Below are positions 45,431 to 53,580 of a DNA stretch of 64,000 nt, in pieces. Numbering within the stretch: the stretch's first letter is position 1; every line of letters starts with the position of its first letter. Below the pieces are notes generated by a model. The model was not told where the DNA came from, did no database searches, and saw nothing but the letters and a program-made list of their open reading frames with translations. The stretch comes from Actinomycetota bacterium (GTDB lineage: Bacteria; Actinomycetota; AC-67), in NCBI GenBank assembly GCA_036398095.1, contig DASWHR010000127.1:1995-65994 (forward strand), read 5' to 3'. Position numbers and translations under genes: made by a program.

Positions 45431-45822
45431 AGTTCGTCGACACCTCGTTCTGGGTGGCGCTGCGCTTCGCGCGCGACGGCCACCATCCGGACGCCAAACG
45501 GATCTGGGGGGAAGGTCCCGGCGCGTTGATCACCACCGACGCCGTCGTCGGCGAGACGTGGACGTTCCTGCGACGCCGCACGGGACATCGGCGAGCCGTC
45601 GAGTTCATCGACGCCGCAAGGAAGTCGGCGTCGCTCACGATCCGCCACGTCGACGAGGATCTGGTCGCAGACGCGCTGCGGTGGCTCCGCCGTCATGACG
45701 AGCGCGACTACTCGTTCGTGGATGCAACCAGCTTCGCGTTGATGCGACGGTTGAGGCTGCGCGAGGTGCTCGCCTTCGACGGAGACTTCACAGTCGCCGG
45801 CTTCACCGAAGTCCGGCCGTAG
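45427..45822 (+). CDS. vapC: PIN domain toxin VapC
   Basis: GTGA overlap with the antitoxin. The PIN acidic residues are present (VKFVDTSFWVAL, TTDAVVGET, FVDATSFA). Confidence 0.85.
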   Translation: MKFVDTSFWVALRFARDGHHPDAKRIWGEGPGALITTDAVVGETWTFLRRRTGHRRAVEFIDAARKSASLTIRHVDEDLVADALRWLRRHDERDYSFVDATSFALMRRLRLREVLAFDGDFTVAGFTEVRP

Positions 45823-45835
45823 CCCGTGGAGCGGT

Positions 45836-48034
45836 CTACAGGCTCCCGATCGAAAGCTCTGTCGTCCCGGCGGGGATCGAGATGACGATGTTGCCGCCGG
45901 CCACCTCGGCCGTCGCCTCGCCGCTGAGAACCTCGATCGTCGTGTCGCCATCGAACGAGCCGCGCAGCACCACGGTCATCGCAGCGTCGGTCTCGACAAG
46001 CAGAAGTCGGGGCGCCTTCGACGGCCAGAACATGCGGCTCGTGTCGAGCTCGGCGGCGCGCAATCCGCGAACGTCCATCCGGATCGTGTGCTGGATGCTC
46101 GTGCCTTGGCGGCGCTCGCGCCCGCGAAGCACGTACGCGCCGAGTTCGTCGGCTCCCGCCCGCGGCCCGACCGCAACGTCCAGATCTCCCTCGGCAAGGT
46201 TCACCGCGATCCGGCCTTCGAGGGCGTCGCCGGCAAGTCGCAGCCCATCGACCCAGTACGCGCCGTCATAGGTAAGCCCTTCCTGTTGAAGGTCGGCAAC
46301 GACCGTGTACTCCACGAACGTCGGGGATCGCTGTCGCTTCGGCAGGTCGCCGAGCCACTCGCGCACCCACCCGTCGGTCGTGCCCGGATACGAGGTCTCG
46401 TGTCCGTGGTTGGGATACAGCACGTAACGGTAGCTTCCGCCGACCGCATCGAAGTGCGCCATCCAGCCCTCGGGACCGGTGGACGGCACCAACTCGTCGG
46501 CGCCGCCGTGGATCACGAACATCGGAACGTGATCGAGATTGTCGAACACGTCCGTCAGGCTGAAGCCGCATCCCGACGCGTCGCGGTCGCACATCGGCGG
46601 GTTCGGGTAGGGCCAGGTGACCGGCGCCGGCGCCGGCCAGATCGCATACGGCGTCGTCGGGCCGGCCCAGACGATCCCCGCCGCGAACTGATCGGGATAC
46701 AGCGCCGCAAGCCGCCAGGTGCCGTAGCCACCCATCGACATGCCCGATAGATAGACGCGCTCGCGATCGATGTCGTAGTGGCGGGCGGCGTCTCGCCAGA
46801 CTTCGAACACGTCTCGTTCGGCGGGACCCTCGTACCATCCGGCCTCGCCGCGGCCGTGCGGCATCACCACGGTCGCGCCCAACTCGTCGGCCCAGCGCCG
46901 CGCCTGCAACGGGAACGAGGTAATCGGATAACTCATGTAGTTGCCGCCGAGGAAGTGCATCAGGATCACCAGCGGCCGCGGCCCCTGATGACAGCACGGC
47001 TCGTAGACCGAGTACGGCTGGTAGGCCGAGCGGTAGAAGCGGTAGTCAAAAGACTCGTCCTGGTTGTAGAGCGTCTGCTCCTCGACCCCCTCGCCCAGGC
47101 TCTGCGACGATTTGAACGTGCGCACGAACGTCTTCCGTCCGCCGAAGACAGCCTCGACGCGAACGCATGTGCTGCACGGATTCGCGAGCGACGCAACGTC
47201 GATCCGGACCGTGGCGTTCGCATAACTCCCATCGGCCAGCACGCGCGACTGGTGCAGATCGTTCCAGTAGGTCGCGTCGGACTCGTCCACGCCGATCAGA
47301 TCGAACAACGGCGGCGCATCCGGATCGGGGCGGATCCAGTCGCCCGCGGCCGGATCCCACAGTCCCGCGCCGACGAACAGGTCGCGCTCACCCGCGCGCG
47401 GATCCAGCACCGCGTGGGGAATGCGAGCCTCGAACGTGTTCTGCGCCGCGTCGGCGACCACGGTCACCGGCGTTCCGTCCAGCGATCCCGTCTGCCCGTG
47501 CATCAGCAGCGAGGCCGCGGGCCCGTCGGTGTTGGGGTCGCCGAGCGTGGCGAGCACGGCCGTGCGAGACGGGTCGATCAACGTGTTCAGCACCACCAGC
47601 AGATACCAGGCGTGCGCATCGACGCCCATGCGCACCTCGACGATGTCGGCGCCGTTGCCGGCGAAGGCCGCATCGCCGGGATAGGTGAAGTCCCCCGCGT
47701 GCGACGTGGCCGCGTTCGCCCCGTGGGTCACCCAGACGTATTCGAGCGGGTTCGTGGTCTGTCCGTCGCTGCCGTCAAGATCGGCGCCGGTGTCGTCGAA
47801 CGGATAGTCGCTGAACACGAACTCGTCGCCCTCGTGCGTGCCCCTGCCGGCGATACCGGCCGGCTCGGCGTCCCAGTCGAACAGGTGGCCGTCGGGCGAG
47901 GCAGCCGCCGGCGGAGCGAGCGCCGGTCCCCCATCGGGCCCGCCGCTCTCCGGGGGATCAAGATGATGCGCCGGGGAAGTCCCCGGCAGCAACGACATGG
48001 ACAGCACAACAAGAACGGCAGCGATCCGACGCAT
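45836..48034 (-). CDS. secreted alpha/beta-fold serine hydrolase (prolyl oligopeptidase/esterase family) with a large N-terminal beta domain
   Basis: GGAGGTG lies upstream of ATG 48034. A signal peptide is present. The catalytic region has YLSGMSMGGYGTW and VIHGGADELVP. Confidence 0.8.
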   Translation of the reverse strand: MRRIAAVLVVLSMSLLPGTSPAHHLDPPESGGPDGGPALAPPAAASPDGHLFDWDAEPAGIAGRGTHEGDEFVFSDYPFDDTGADLDGSDGQTTNPLEYVWVTHGANAATSHAGDFTYPGDAAFAGNGADIVEVRMGVDAHAWYLLVVLNTLIDPSRTAVLATLGDPNTDGPAASLLMHGQTGSLDGTPVTVVADAAQNTFEARIPHAVLDPRAGERDLFVGAGLWDPAAGDWIRPDPDAPPLFDLIGVDESDATYWNDLHQSRVLADGSYANATVRIDVASLANPCSTCVRVEAVFGGRKTFVRTFKSSQSLGEGVEEQTLYNQDESFDYRFYRSAYQPYSVYEPCCHQGPRPLVILMHFLGGNYMSYPITSFPLQARRWADELGATVVMPHGRGEAGWYEGPAERDVFEVWRDAARHYDIDRERVYLSGMSMGGYGTWRLAALYPDQFAAGIVWAGPTTPYAIWPAPAPVTWPYPNPPMCDRDASGCGFSLTDVFDNLDHVPMFVIHGGADELVPSTGPEGWMAHFDAVGGSYRYVLYPNHGHETSYPGTTDGWVREWLGDLPKRQRSPTFVEYTVVADLQQEGLTYDGAYWVDGLRLAGDALEGRIAVNLAEGDLDVAVGPRAGADELGAYVLRGRERRQGTSIQHTIRMDVRGLRAAELDTSRMFWPSKAPRLLLVETDAAMTVVLRGSFDGDTTIEVLSGEATAEVAGGNIVISIPAGTTELSIGSL

Positions 48035-48402
48035 ATGCACCTCCGGCCCATCTCTTTCGCGCCCCACCGCACCGCTTCCTGCCGAAGCCCGTCGGCGGCA
48101 AGCAGCTTTGCCCCTACGCCCGACTACCCCGAGCCCCTACCCTTGAAGCACGTCGAACTTTGCATGTTGACCCCTAATCACGTGCCAATCGACGCAGCTC
48201 TCGATCCGAAATTCTTGGGCGCGGTGTTCCCGTGACCCCGCGCTTGTCGGTCGTCGTCCACCGTATGCCCTGACCTGCTATTTCTCGCCGTGGTAGCCCT
48301 ACAAGCAGGTATCCCTGCACGCGAGAGCGAACCCGTATCGTCAGAGGGAGATCCACCGGCGCCGGCAGCCTCGATAGCCGGCACGACCGAGGGGGGAAAG
48401 GC

Positions 48403-49053
48403 ATGAGACGCCGATTCGATGTGCGCAGGTTGCTGGTCCTCGCGGCGACGTTGACCGTGGTCGCGACGGGAGTGTTCCAAGCCAGTGCCGGCATCTACGT
48501 CGGGGGCGCGACGGTCGTCTACAAGGAGGCGGGAAACCAGACCGCGGTAGACGAGGGCGCGGCCGCGTGTCTCGTGGGAACCGGGACCGGCATCGGCGGC
48601 GGATGCTTGCCCTTCGGCGCCGGCACCGCGGTCGAGGTCATCGACGCGCTCGGCATCCCGACCGGAACCGAGCACGAGGTCGCATTCCAAGTCTGCATCG
48701 ACAACAATGCCGACCTCAAATGCACCAGCGGTGGCGCGTCTCAGACGCTTCCCTGCCACGACGAGGTCTTCTTCAGCCACTCCGACGATGGCCTGTTCTT
48801 CAACCCGCTGGGCCCTCTTCCCGGCGCCCGGTCGCCCGGTTGCCCAACCGGAGGATGGAACGGGTACGTGGTGTTCATCTGCCAAGGCGTGCACACCGGG
48901 CAGGGACCGTTCCCCGGGACCTCCGGGTCGCCACACGCGCATCCCTCGACCCTCGGCACGATCGAGCTCACGACCGGAGGCAGCGGTTTCGGTGACTTCT
49001 GCGGAGGATCAAGGGATGTCGTCGTCGAGAAGGACTACGTTCTGATCGGCTGA
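48403..49053 (+). CDS. secreted Cys-rich protein of unknown function (possibly continues through the TGA to 49215)
   Basis: Signal peptide MRRRFDVRRLLVLAATLTVVATGVFQASA. The 216-aa product has 9 Cys. GGGGGGAAAGG lies upstream. Confidence 0.7.
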   Translation: MRRRFDVRRLLVLAATLTVVATGVFQASAGIYVGGATVVYKEAGNQTAVDEGAAACLVGTGTGIGGGCLPFGAGTAVEVIDALGIPTGTEHEVAFQVCIDNNADLKCTSGGASQTLPCHDEVFFSHSDDGLFFNPLGPLPGARSPGCPTGGWNGYVVFICQGVHTGQGPFPGTSGSPHAHPSTLGTIELTTGGSGFGDFCGGSRDVVVEKDYVLIG

Positions 49054-49215
49054 GGATGCCAGCCGGAGGAGGTGTTCGGGACACCGGTCGGCAATCTCGA
49101 CGAGATCAAGGTCGACACGACCCCCCAGGGCGGCAACTGCGGCAGCGATGTCGTCGCCTGGGCCTACGGCCTTACGCAGCCCGTCTCGGCCGGAGACATC
49201 GTCGTCACCCCCTAA
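49054..49215 (+). other. in-frame high-GC3 extension after the TGA (candidate Sec/readthrough segment)
   Basis: It is in the same frame as 48403..49053 and encodes GCQPEEVFGTPVGNLDEIKVDTTPQGGNCGSDVVAWAYGLTQPVSAGDIVVTP before TAA at 49213. The only internal start (GTG 49072) has its SD just 2 nt away. Confidence 0.4.
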
Positions 49216-49368
49216 TCTCCCGCCGGCTACCTCGGTATCGATGCTTCGGAGGAAGGCACACCGTCGTGGAGGAAATCAATCCATCGCGCCGCGGTCATGA
49301 TTCGACCATACTCGAATAACTATTAGAGTTGACCTGAAATCCTGAAACAGGGCCGAGGGCGGTGCGCC

Positions 49369-49719
49369 TCACAGCGAGAGGTGGGTTCGTAGCGCGTCGG
49401 CGACCAGGCCAAGTTCCGCGTCGGGAACAGAGCCGATTCTGCGGCCCAGACGCGACGTTGCGATCGTGCGCACCTGATGGCACAGAGCCAGCGAATCAGC
49501 GCGAAGTCCTGCCGTTCCTTTGTTCAGGCGCACTTCGGATGGATAGGTGCGCCGGCCACGTCGAAGCGTGGTGACGGGAACGATCGTCACGATCGGCATC
49601 ACCTCGTTGAACAGGTCGTTGCTCACAACAACGACCGGCCGCGATCCCGCTTGCTCGGACCCTTCGACCGGGCCGAGGCGCGCCGCGTAGATCGCTCCGC
49701 GTCGCGGCCGGTCGCTCAC
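49369..49719 (-). CDS. mazF: MazF/PemK family type II toxin
   Basis: PRRGAIYAARLGPVEGSEQAGSRPVVVVSND...PVT... and ...ALCHQVRTI. Confidence 0.85.
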   Translation of the reverse strand: MSDRPRRGAIYAARLGPVEGSEQAGSRPVVVVSNDLFNEVMPIVTIVPVTTLRRGRRTYPSEVRLNKGTAGLRADSLALCHQVRTIATSRLGRRIGSVPDAELGLVADALRTHLSL

Positions 49720-49970
49720 GGCGCGGAGTCCTCGTCGTCCGAGTCCGCGAACGCGTTCTGCAGATCGTCGACGTCGGCAACAAAGAGTGGATCCGCCGCC
49801 GCAGCGGCGTAGGCGTCCCGCAACGCGCGCCGGCGAGCTTCGTCGAGGTAGTTCACAACGGCATCCTGAACGAGCCGGCTCTGCGATTTGGCCAGTCCCG
49901 CGTCCACCGCCTGCTTGAGGTCGTAGACGACCGACTCTTCCATGGCCAACGTCACCTTGCGCTTCGACAT
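49716..49970 (-). CDS. RHH antitoxin partner
   Basis: 84 aa with an acidic C-terminus. 4-bp overlap with the toxin. Confidence 0.75.
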   Translation of the reverse strand: MSKRKVTLAMEESVVYDLKQAVDAGLAKSQSRLVQDAVVNYLDEARRRALRDAYAAAAADPLFVADVDDLQNAFADSDDEDSAP

Positions 49971-50036
49971 ACCACCAAGACTACCATACTATTTTGCCAT
50001 ACATACTAGACGGGTGCGTACGGGCCGGCGCATCGT

Positions 50037-50570
50037 CTATGCGCGGCCGAGCATCTCGGCTGCCTCTAGGGCGGCCGGGTGCCGGAGCGTCAACGGCTCG
50101 ATCGCCACGACCACCGGATTCGCCGACCACAGTCCGTACACGCTCCAACGCGCGTCGCGAACGCTCCACCACGAAAGCCCGTCCCAGGCTTGTTCTTCGA
50201 AGGCCGCCAAGGCAAGCCGCTGCGTGACGGTCCGGTCCGGAGTTGCGATGTTCGACGGGCGGAGCGCGCGTGGCAGAAGCGCCTTCGCATCGTCGAGGTT
50301 CAACACCTTCGAATCGACCTCCATCTCGACCAGCGCGCGTCGCGCAGAGCCGAACCGCTTCGACGCGAACATCTCGTCGCGCCACCGGCTCTTGTTTCCG
50401 AAGGCCTCGCCGAACGCGCCGGCCGGCTCGCCGGCCGCGTACAGAACGCAGTAGGAATCCGGATTGTCGATGCGCCCGGCGCCTTGCGCGAAGGGAACAT
50501 GAAGCGGATGTCCCGGCTCTTCAGGAAGCGCCTCTTCCCGCCACGAGGCGACGCGGTAGACGCGCGTCAG
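50037..50570 (-). CDS. RES domain toxin (NAD+-targeting family), probable CTG start
   Basis: The frame is open from 50570 with no stop (checked codon by codon). It reads (L/M)TRVYRVASWREEALPEEPGHPLHVPFAQGAGRIDNPDSYCVLYAAGEPAGAFGEAF..., which is the RES N-terminal half. The track lists only the last 111 aa, from ATG 50372. Confidence 0.75.
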   Translation of the reverse strand: MTRVYRVASWREEALPEEPGHPLHVPFAQGAGRIDNPDSYCVLYAAGEPAGAFGEAFGNKSRWRDEMFASKRFGSARRALVEMEVDSKVLNLDDAKALLPRALRPSNIATPDRTVTQRLALAAFEEQAWDGLSWWSVRDARWSVYGLWSANPVVVAIEPLTLRHPAALEAAEMLGRA

Positions 50571-50977
50571 GCGTAGCCTCCCTGCTCTTCGACCTCGATC
50601 GCTCCGACTACCTCGTCGAAGCGTCCCCGCGTGAGCGCATCCACCGGTCGGGTTCGCAGCATCGCATTGTGGGATTCGAGCCAGTCCAGCGCCACGACCG
50701 CGACCATGTCCTCGAACAATCGAGCCAGCACCCGGTCGAGTTCGATGATCGCGCGCTCATGCGCGGGGCTGGGCCGTTCCTTCCCGGACCGCCACCGCGA
50801 CGGCTGAGAGGCGCTCACGCCAAGGATCCGCGACACCTTGTTGTTCCCAAGCGTCTGCACCGCCGCCTCCAAACGTGACAGCAGCCCCGCGGCGTCGCCG
50901 TAGACCGGCGCGATCTCGCGCACCATCGCCTGCGGCCGCTTCCTCGGCCGCCCGGGCCCCCCTTTCATCATGCCCAA
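50567..50977 (-). CDS. Xre/DUF2384-type antitoxin of the RES system
   Basis: The central segment is HTH-like (LGNNKVSRILGVSASQPSRWRSG). The C-terminal segment is DUF2384-like (WLESHNAMLRTRPVDAL). The more likely start is ATG 50971. Confidence 0.8.
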   Translation of the reverse strand: MGMMKGGPGRPRKRPQAMVREIAPVYGDAAGLLSRLEAAVQTLGNNKVSRILGVSASQPSRWRSGKERPSPAHERAIIELDRVLARLFEDMVAVVALDWLESHNAMLRTRPVDALTRGRFDEVVGAIEVEEQGGYA

Positions 50978-50992
50978 TATCTTCTATTGGGC
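50972..50992. promoter_or_regulatory. perfect 8-bp inverted repeat abutting the antitoxin start (candidate operator)
   Basis: GCCCAATA-TCTTC-TATTGGGC. Confidence 0.45.
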
Positions 50993-51115
50993 AAACGCAG
51001 CGTGTCAACCTGCCCGGTCGGCAAGGAAAGGCAGGGCCGTTCGGCCCTCCATAGGACGTGCTCCGCGTCGATGATGTTGAAGAGGCCCGACGCACGGGCG
51101 CGACCGGAGGCAAGG

Positions 51116-53449
51116 ATGGCGTGGCCCCGATTTGGGCAAGCGGAAGGAAAGCTTCCACTTTGGATGCGCCTTTGCACGGTCGTGGTGGCCGTCGGCTCGG
51201 CCGTGGGAGCGGCAGCGGCGATCAGCACCCTTCAATCGGACGCGGCCGAGCGCCTTCGCGCCGAGACGCGCGTCGTCGCACTGGAAGGCGTCGCCTGGGG
51301 GATGCAGGGCGTGTATTCATCCCTCCTCCTTGGTGGCCCGACCGACCGCCTGCACCGGGCGCACGTGATCATCTCGGACATGGTTGCCGAAGAGGACGCC
51401 GCGCTTCGGCGACTCGACCACGAAGCCGTGACCCAAGACTTTCGCGAAGCCCACAAAGCGTTCCGTGCGGCCATGGACGCCGAGTGGGCCCGCGTCTTGA
51501 CGAGCGGTCCCACCGAAGGTTTCGCCGCCGACATCATGACCCCGCTGTTTAACCGCGTGGTCGACCTCTCTCAATCCACCCGAAAAGCTCTGAGCGATCG
51601 CGGCGCTTTGGACCTCCGGGAAGTGCGGATCTTGACGGGAGCGATTTTGATCGCCGGCGCTTTCATTGCGCTCGCCGTCCTCGCTTTCGCTCACCGAGTG
51701 CTACGGAACGCAGCCGTTCGAATCGCCCACGAAAGGGCACTCGCGCAGGCCGAGCGCCGATACCGTTCGATCTCAGGCAACGCCGAGGAGATGCTGACCA
51801 TCATGTCCGCAGATGGCCGGCTGATGTGGGCGAGCCCCACGTTCGAGCGAGTGTTCGGCTGGAAGCTCGAGGACCGGATCGGAAGGCGGGTCGGGCGCTT
51901 CGTTCATCCCGAGGATCTGCCGCGCGTGTCGAGGGAGTATGCGCACGTGGCCGCGCAACCCGGCGCGGCGATCAATCAGCAGTATCGAGCGAAGGATGCG
52001 AATGGAAACTGGCACTGGATCGGGGTGACGCTGACGAATCAGACCGGCGATCCCGATATCGGTGGCATCGTGTGGACGGCACACCTGATCGACGCGCAGA
52101 AGGACCTGGAACAGAAAATGATGTTCGGGCTGTCTCATGACAACCTGACCGGACTGCCGAACCGGGGTGCCTTTACCAGGATGCTCGCCGGCCTGAACGT
52201 GGCAGCGGATTCCGCGAGCTTTGCGGTGCTCAACCTTGACCTGGACGACTTCAAGAGAGTCAACAACGGACTGGGTCAGGCTGCTGGTGACGCGCTGCTC
52301 GTGCGCGTCGCGCGACGGCTTCGCGCATGGATCGGCTCGGGCGATACGGTCGCGCGGCTCGGGGGGAACGAATTCGCGATCCTTGCGTCCGCAGCCGGCC
52401 GCGAGGAACTGACACACCTCGCCGATCACCTCGGTGATCTGATAAAGGATCCTTTTCAGATTGCAGGACATGATGTCTTCATTCGGTGCAGTATCGGACT
52501 AGCGTTTGTCCAGGGACCCGAGGTCGAAGCGGATGCCGTGATACGAGACGCGCACCTCGCCATGCTCGCCGCGAAGAGATCGGGCAAGGGCCGTTATGCG
52601 ATTTTCGAGGCACGCATGCGAATCGGGCTTGGCGACTCCATCCAGATCGAGGCCGACTTGCGCCGCGCCCTCCTGACGAACGAGATCGTCGTTCACTATC
52701 AGCCAATCGTCGACCTCGCCACGAGTCACGTGCACACCGTCGAGGCACTGACCCGCTGGCAACACCCGGACCAAGGCCTGCTCGCGCCGGCGCTGTTCTT
52801 CGACCTGGCCGAGCGCACCGGCCTGATCGTTCCGATCGGACGCTTCGTGATCCGAGAAGCCTGCCGGCAAGTCGCCGACTGGCGCTCGGCCCGCCCCGGC
52901 GCCTCTGATCTCCGGCTCGCCGTCAATCTCTCGTCGACGGAACTGCGCAGTCCCGATATCACCGCCGACATTCTTCGCGCATGCGAGGATGCGAAGCTTC
53001 CTCCGGAGGCGCTCACGATTGAAGTAACCGAAACCGTCCTGACCGAAGACGTCGCTGAGGTTGCCGTCGTCTTGCGGCAATTGAAGGAGCATCACGTCCG
53101 GATCTCGATCGACGATTTCGGGACCGGCTACTCGTCGTTGTCTCATCTGCGAAGCTTCCCCGTGGACGAGTTGAAGATCGATCGCTCGTTCGTCGATGGA
53201 GTCGACACCAGCGACGACCTCAAGGCGATGGTCCGCGCGGTGGTGAAACTCGCGAACGATCTGTCCCTTCACACCGTCGCCGAAGGAGTCGAAACCCCCA
53301 CGCAGCAACAGGTGATTCGCGACCTGGGCTGCGATTACGCGCAGGGATATTTGTATGCGCCGGCGCTGGCGCCCGACGCGCTGGCCGCCCTCTTCCCCGT
53401 CGAAGTCGGCAACGGGCTCGCAACTCTTGACGCCGCAGCGGCTCACTAG
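51116..53449 (+). CDS. membrane-anchored PAS-GGDEF-EAL signalling protein (GGDEF motif degenerate: GGNEF)
   Basis: GGAGG lies 6 nt upstream of ATG 51116. There is one TM, a PAS domain, GGNEF at 52361-52375, and an EAL domain with EAL, NLS, EVTE, DDFGTGYSS, KIDRSF, EGVE and QGY. Confidence 0.85.
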   Translation: MAWPRFGQAEGKLPLWMRLCTVVVAVGSAVGAAAAISTLQSDAAERLRAETRVVALEGVAWGMQGVYSSLLLGGPTDRLHRAHVIISDMVAEEDAALRRLDHEAVTQDFREAHKAFRAAMDAEWARVLTSGPTEGFAADIMTPLFNRVVDLSQSTRKALSDRGALDLREVRILTGAILIAGAFIALAVLAFAHRVLRNAAVRIAHERALAQAERRYRSISGNAEEMLTIMSADGRLMWASPTFERVFGWKLEDRIGRRVGRFVHPEDLPRVSREYAHVAAQPGAAINQQYRAKDANGNWHWIGVTLTNQTGDPDIGGIVWTAHLIDAQKDLEQKMMFGLSHDNLTGLPNRGAFTRMLAGLNVAADSASFAVLNLDLDDFKRVNNGLGQAAGDALLVRVARRLRAWIGSGDTVARLGGNEFAILASAAGREELTHLADHLGDLIKDPFQIAGHDVFIRCSIGLAFVQGPEVEADAVIRDAHLAMLAAKRSGKGRYAIFEARMRIGLGDSIQIEADLRRALLTNEIVVHYQPIVDLATSHVHTVEALTRWQHPDQGLLAPALFFDLAERTGLIVPIGRFVIREACRQVADWRSARPGASDLRLAVNLSSTELRSPDITADILRACEDAKLPPEALTIEVTETVLTEDVAEVAVVLRQLKEHHVRISIDDFGTGYSSLSHLRSFPVDELKIDRSFVDGVDTSDDLKAMVRAVVKLANDLSLHTVAEGVETPTQQQVIRDLGCDYAQGYLYAPALAPDALAALFPVEVGNGLATLDAAAAH

Positions 53450-53580
53450 GAATCCGAAGCCGTGGCTCAGCGATTTGGGGGGTTTTCCGCGATCTGCCCG
53501 AGATGTATGGTGGCGGTGCTGTGTCCACTGCCGGCGGCCGTCCCGTCGTCCGGCCCGAGGTGGAGGGGGGATGATCGCCG

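Noticed and set aside
49056-49319. Listed 87-aa ORF starting at ATG 49056.
   Set aside because: The frame is wrong: the product is Arg-rich and GC3 is low. The coding signal is in the frame continuous with 48403..49053.
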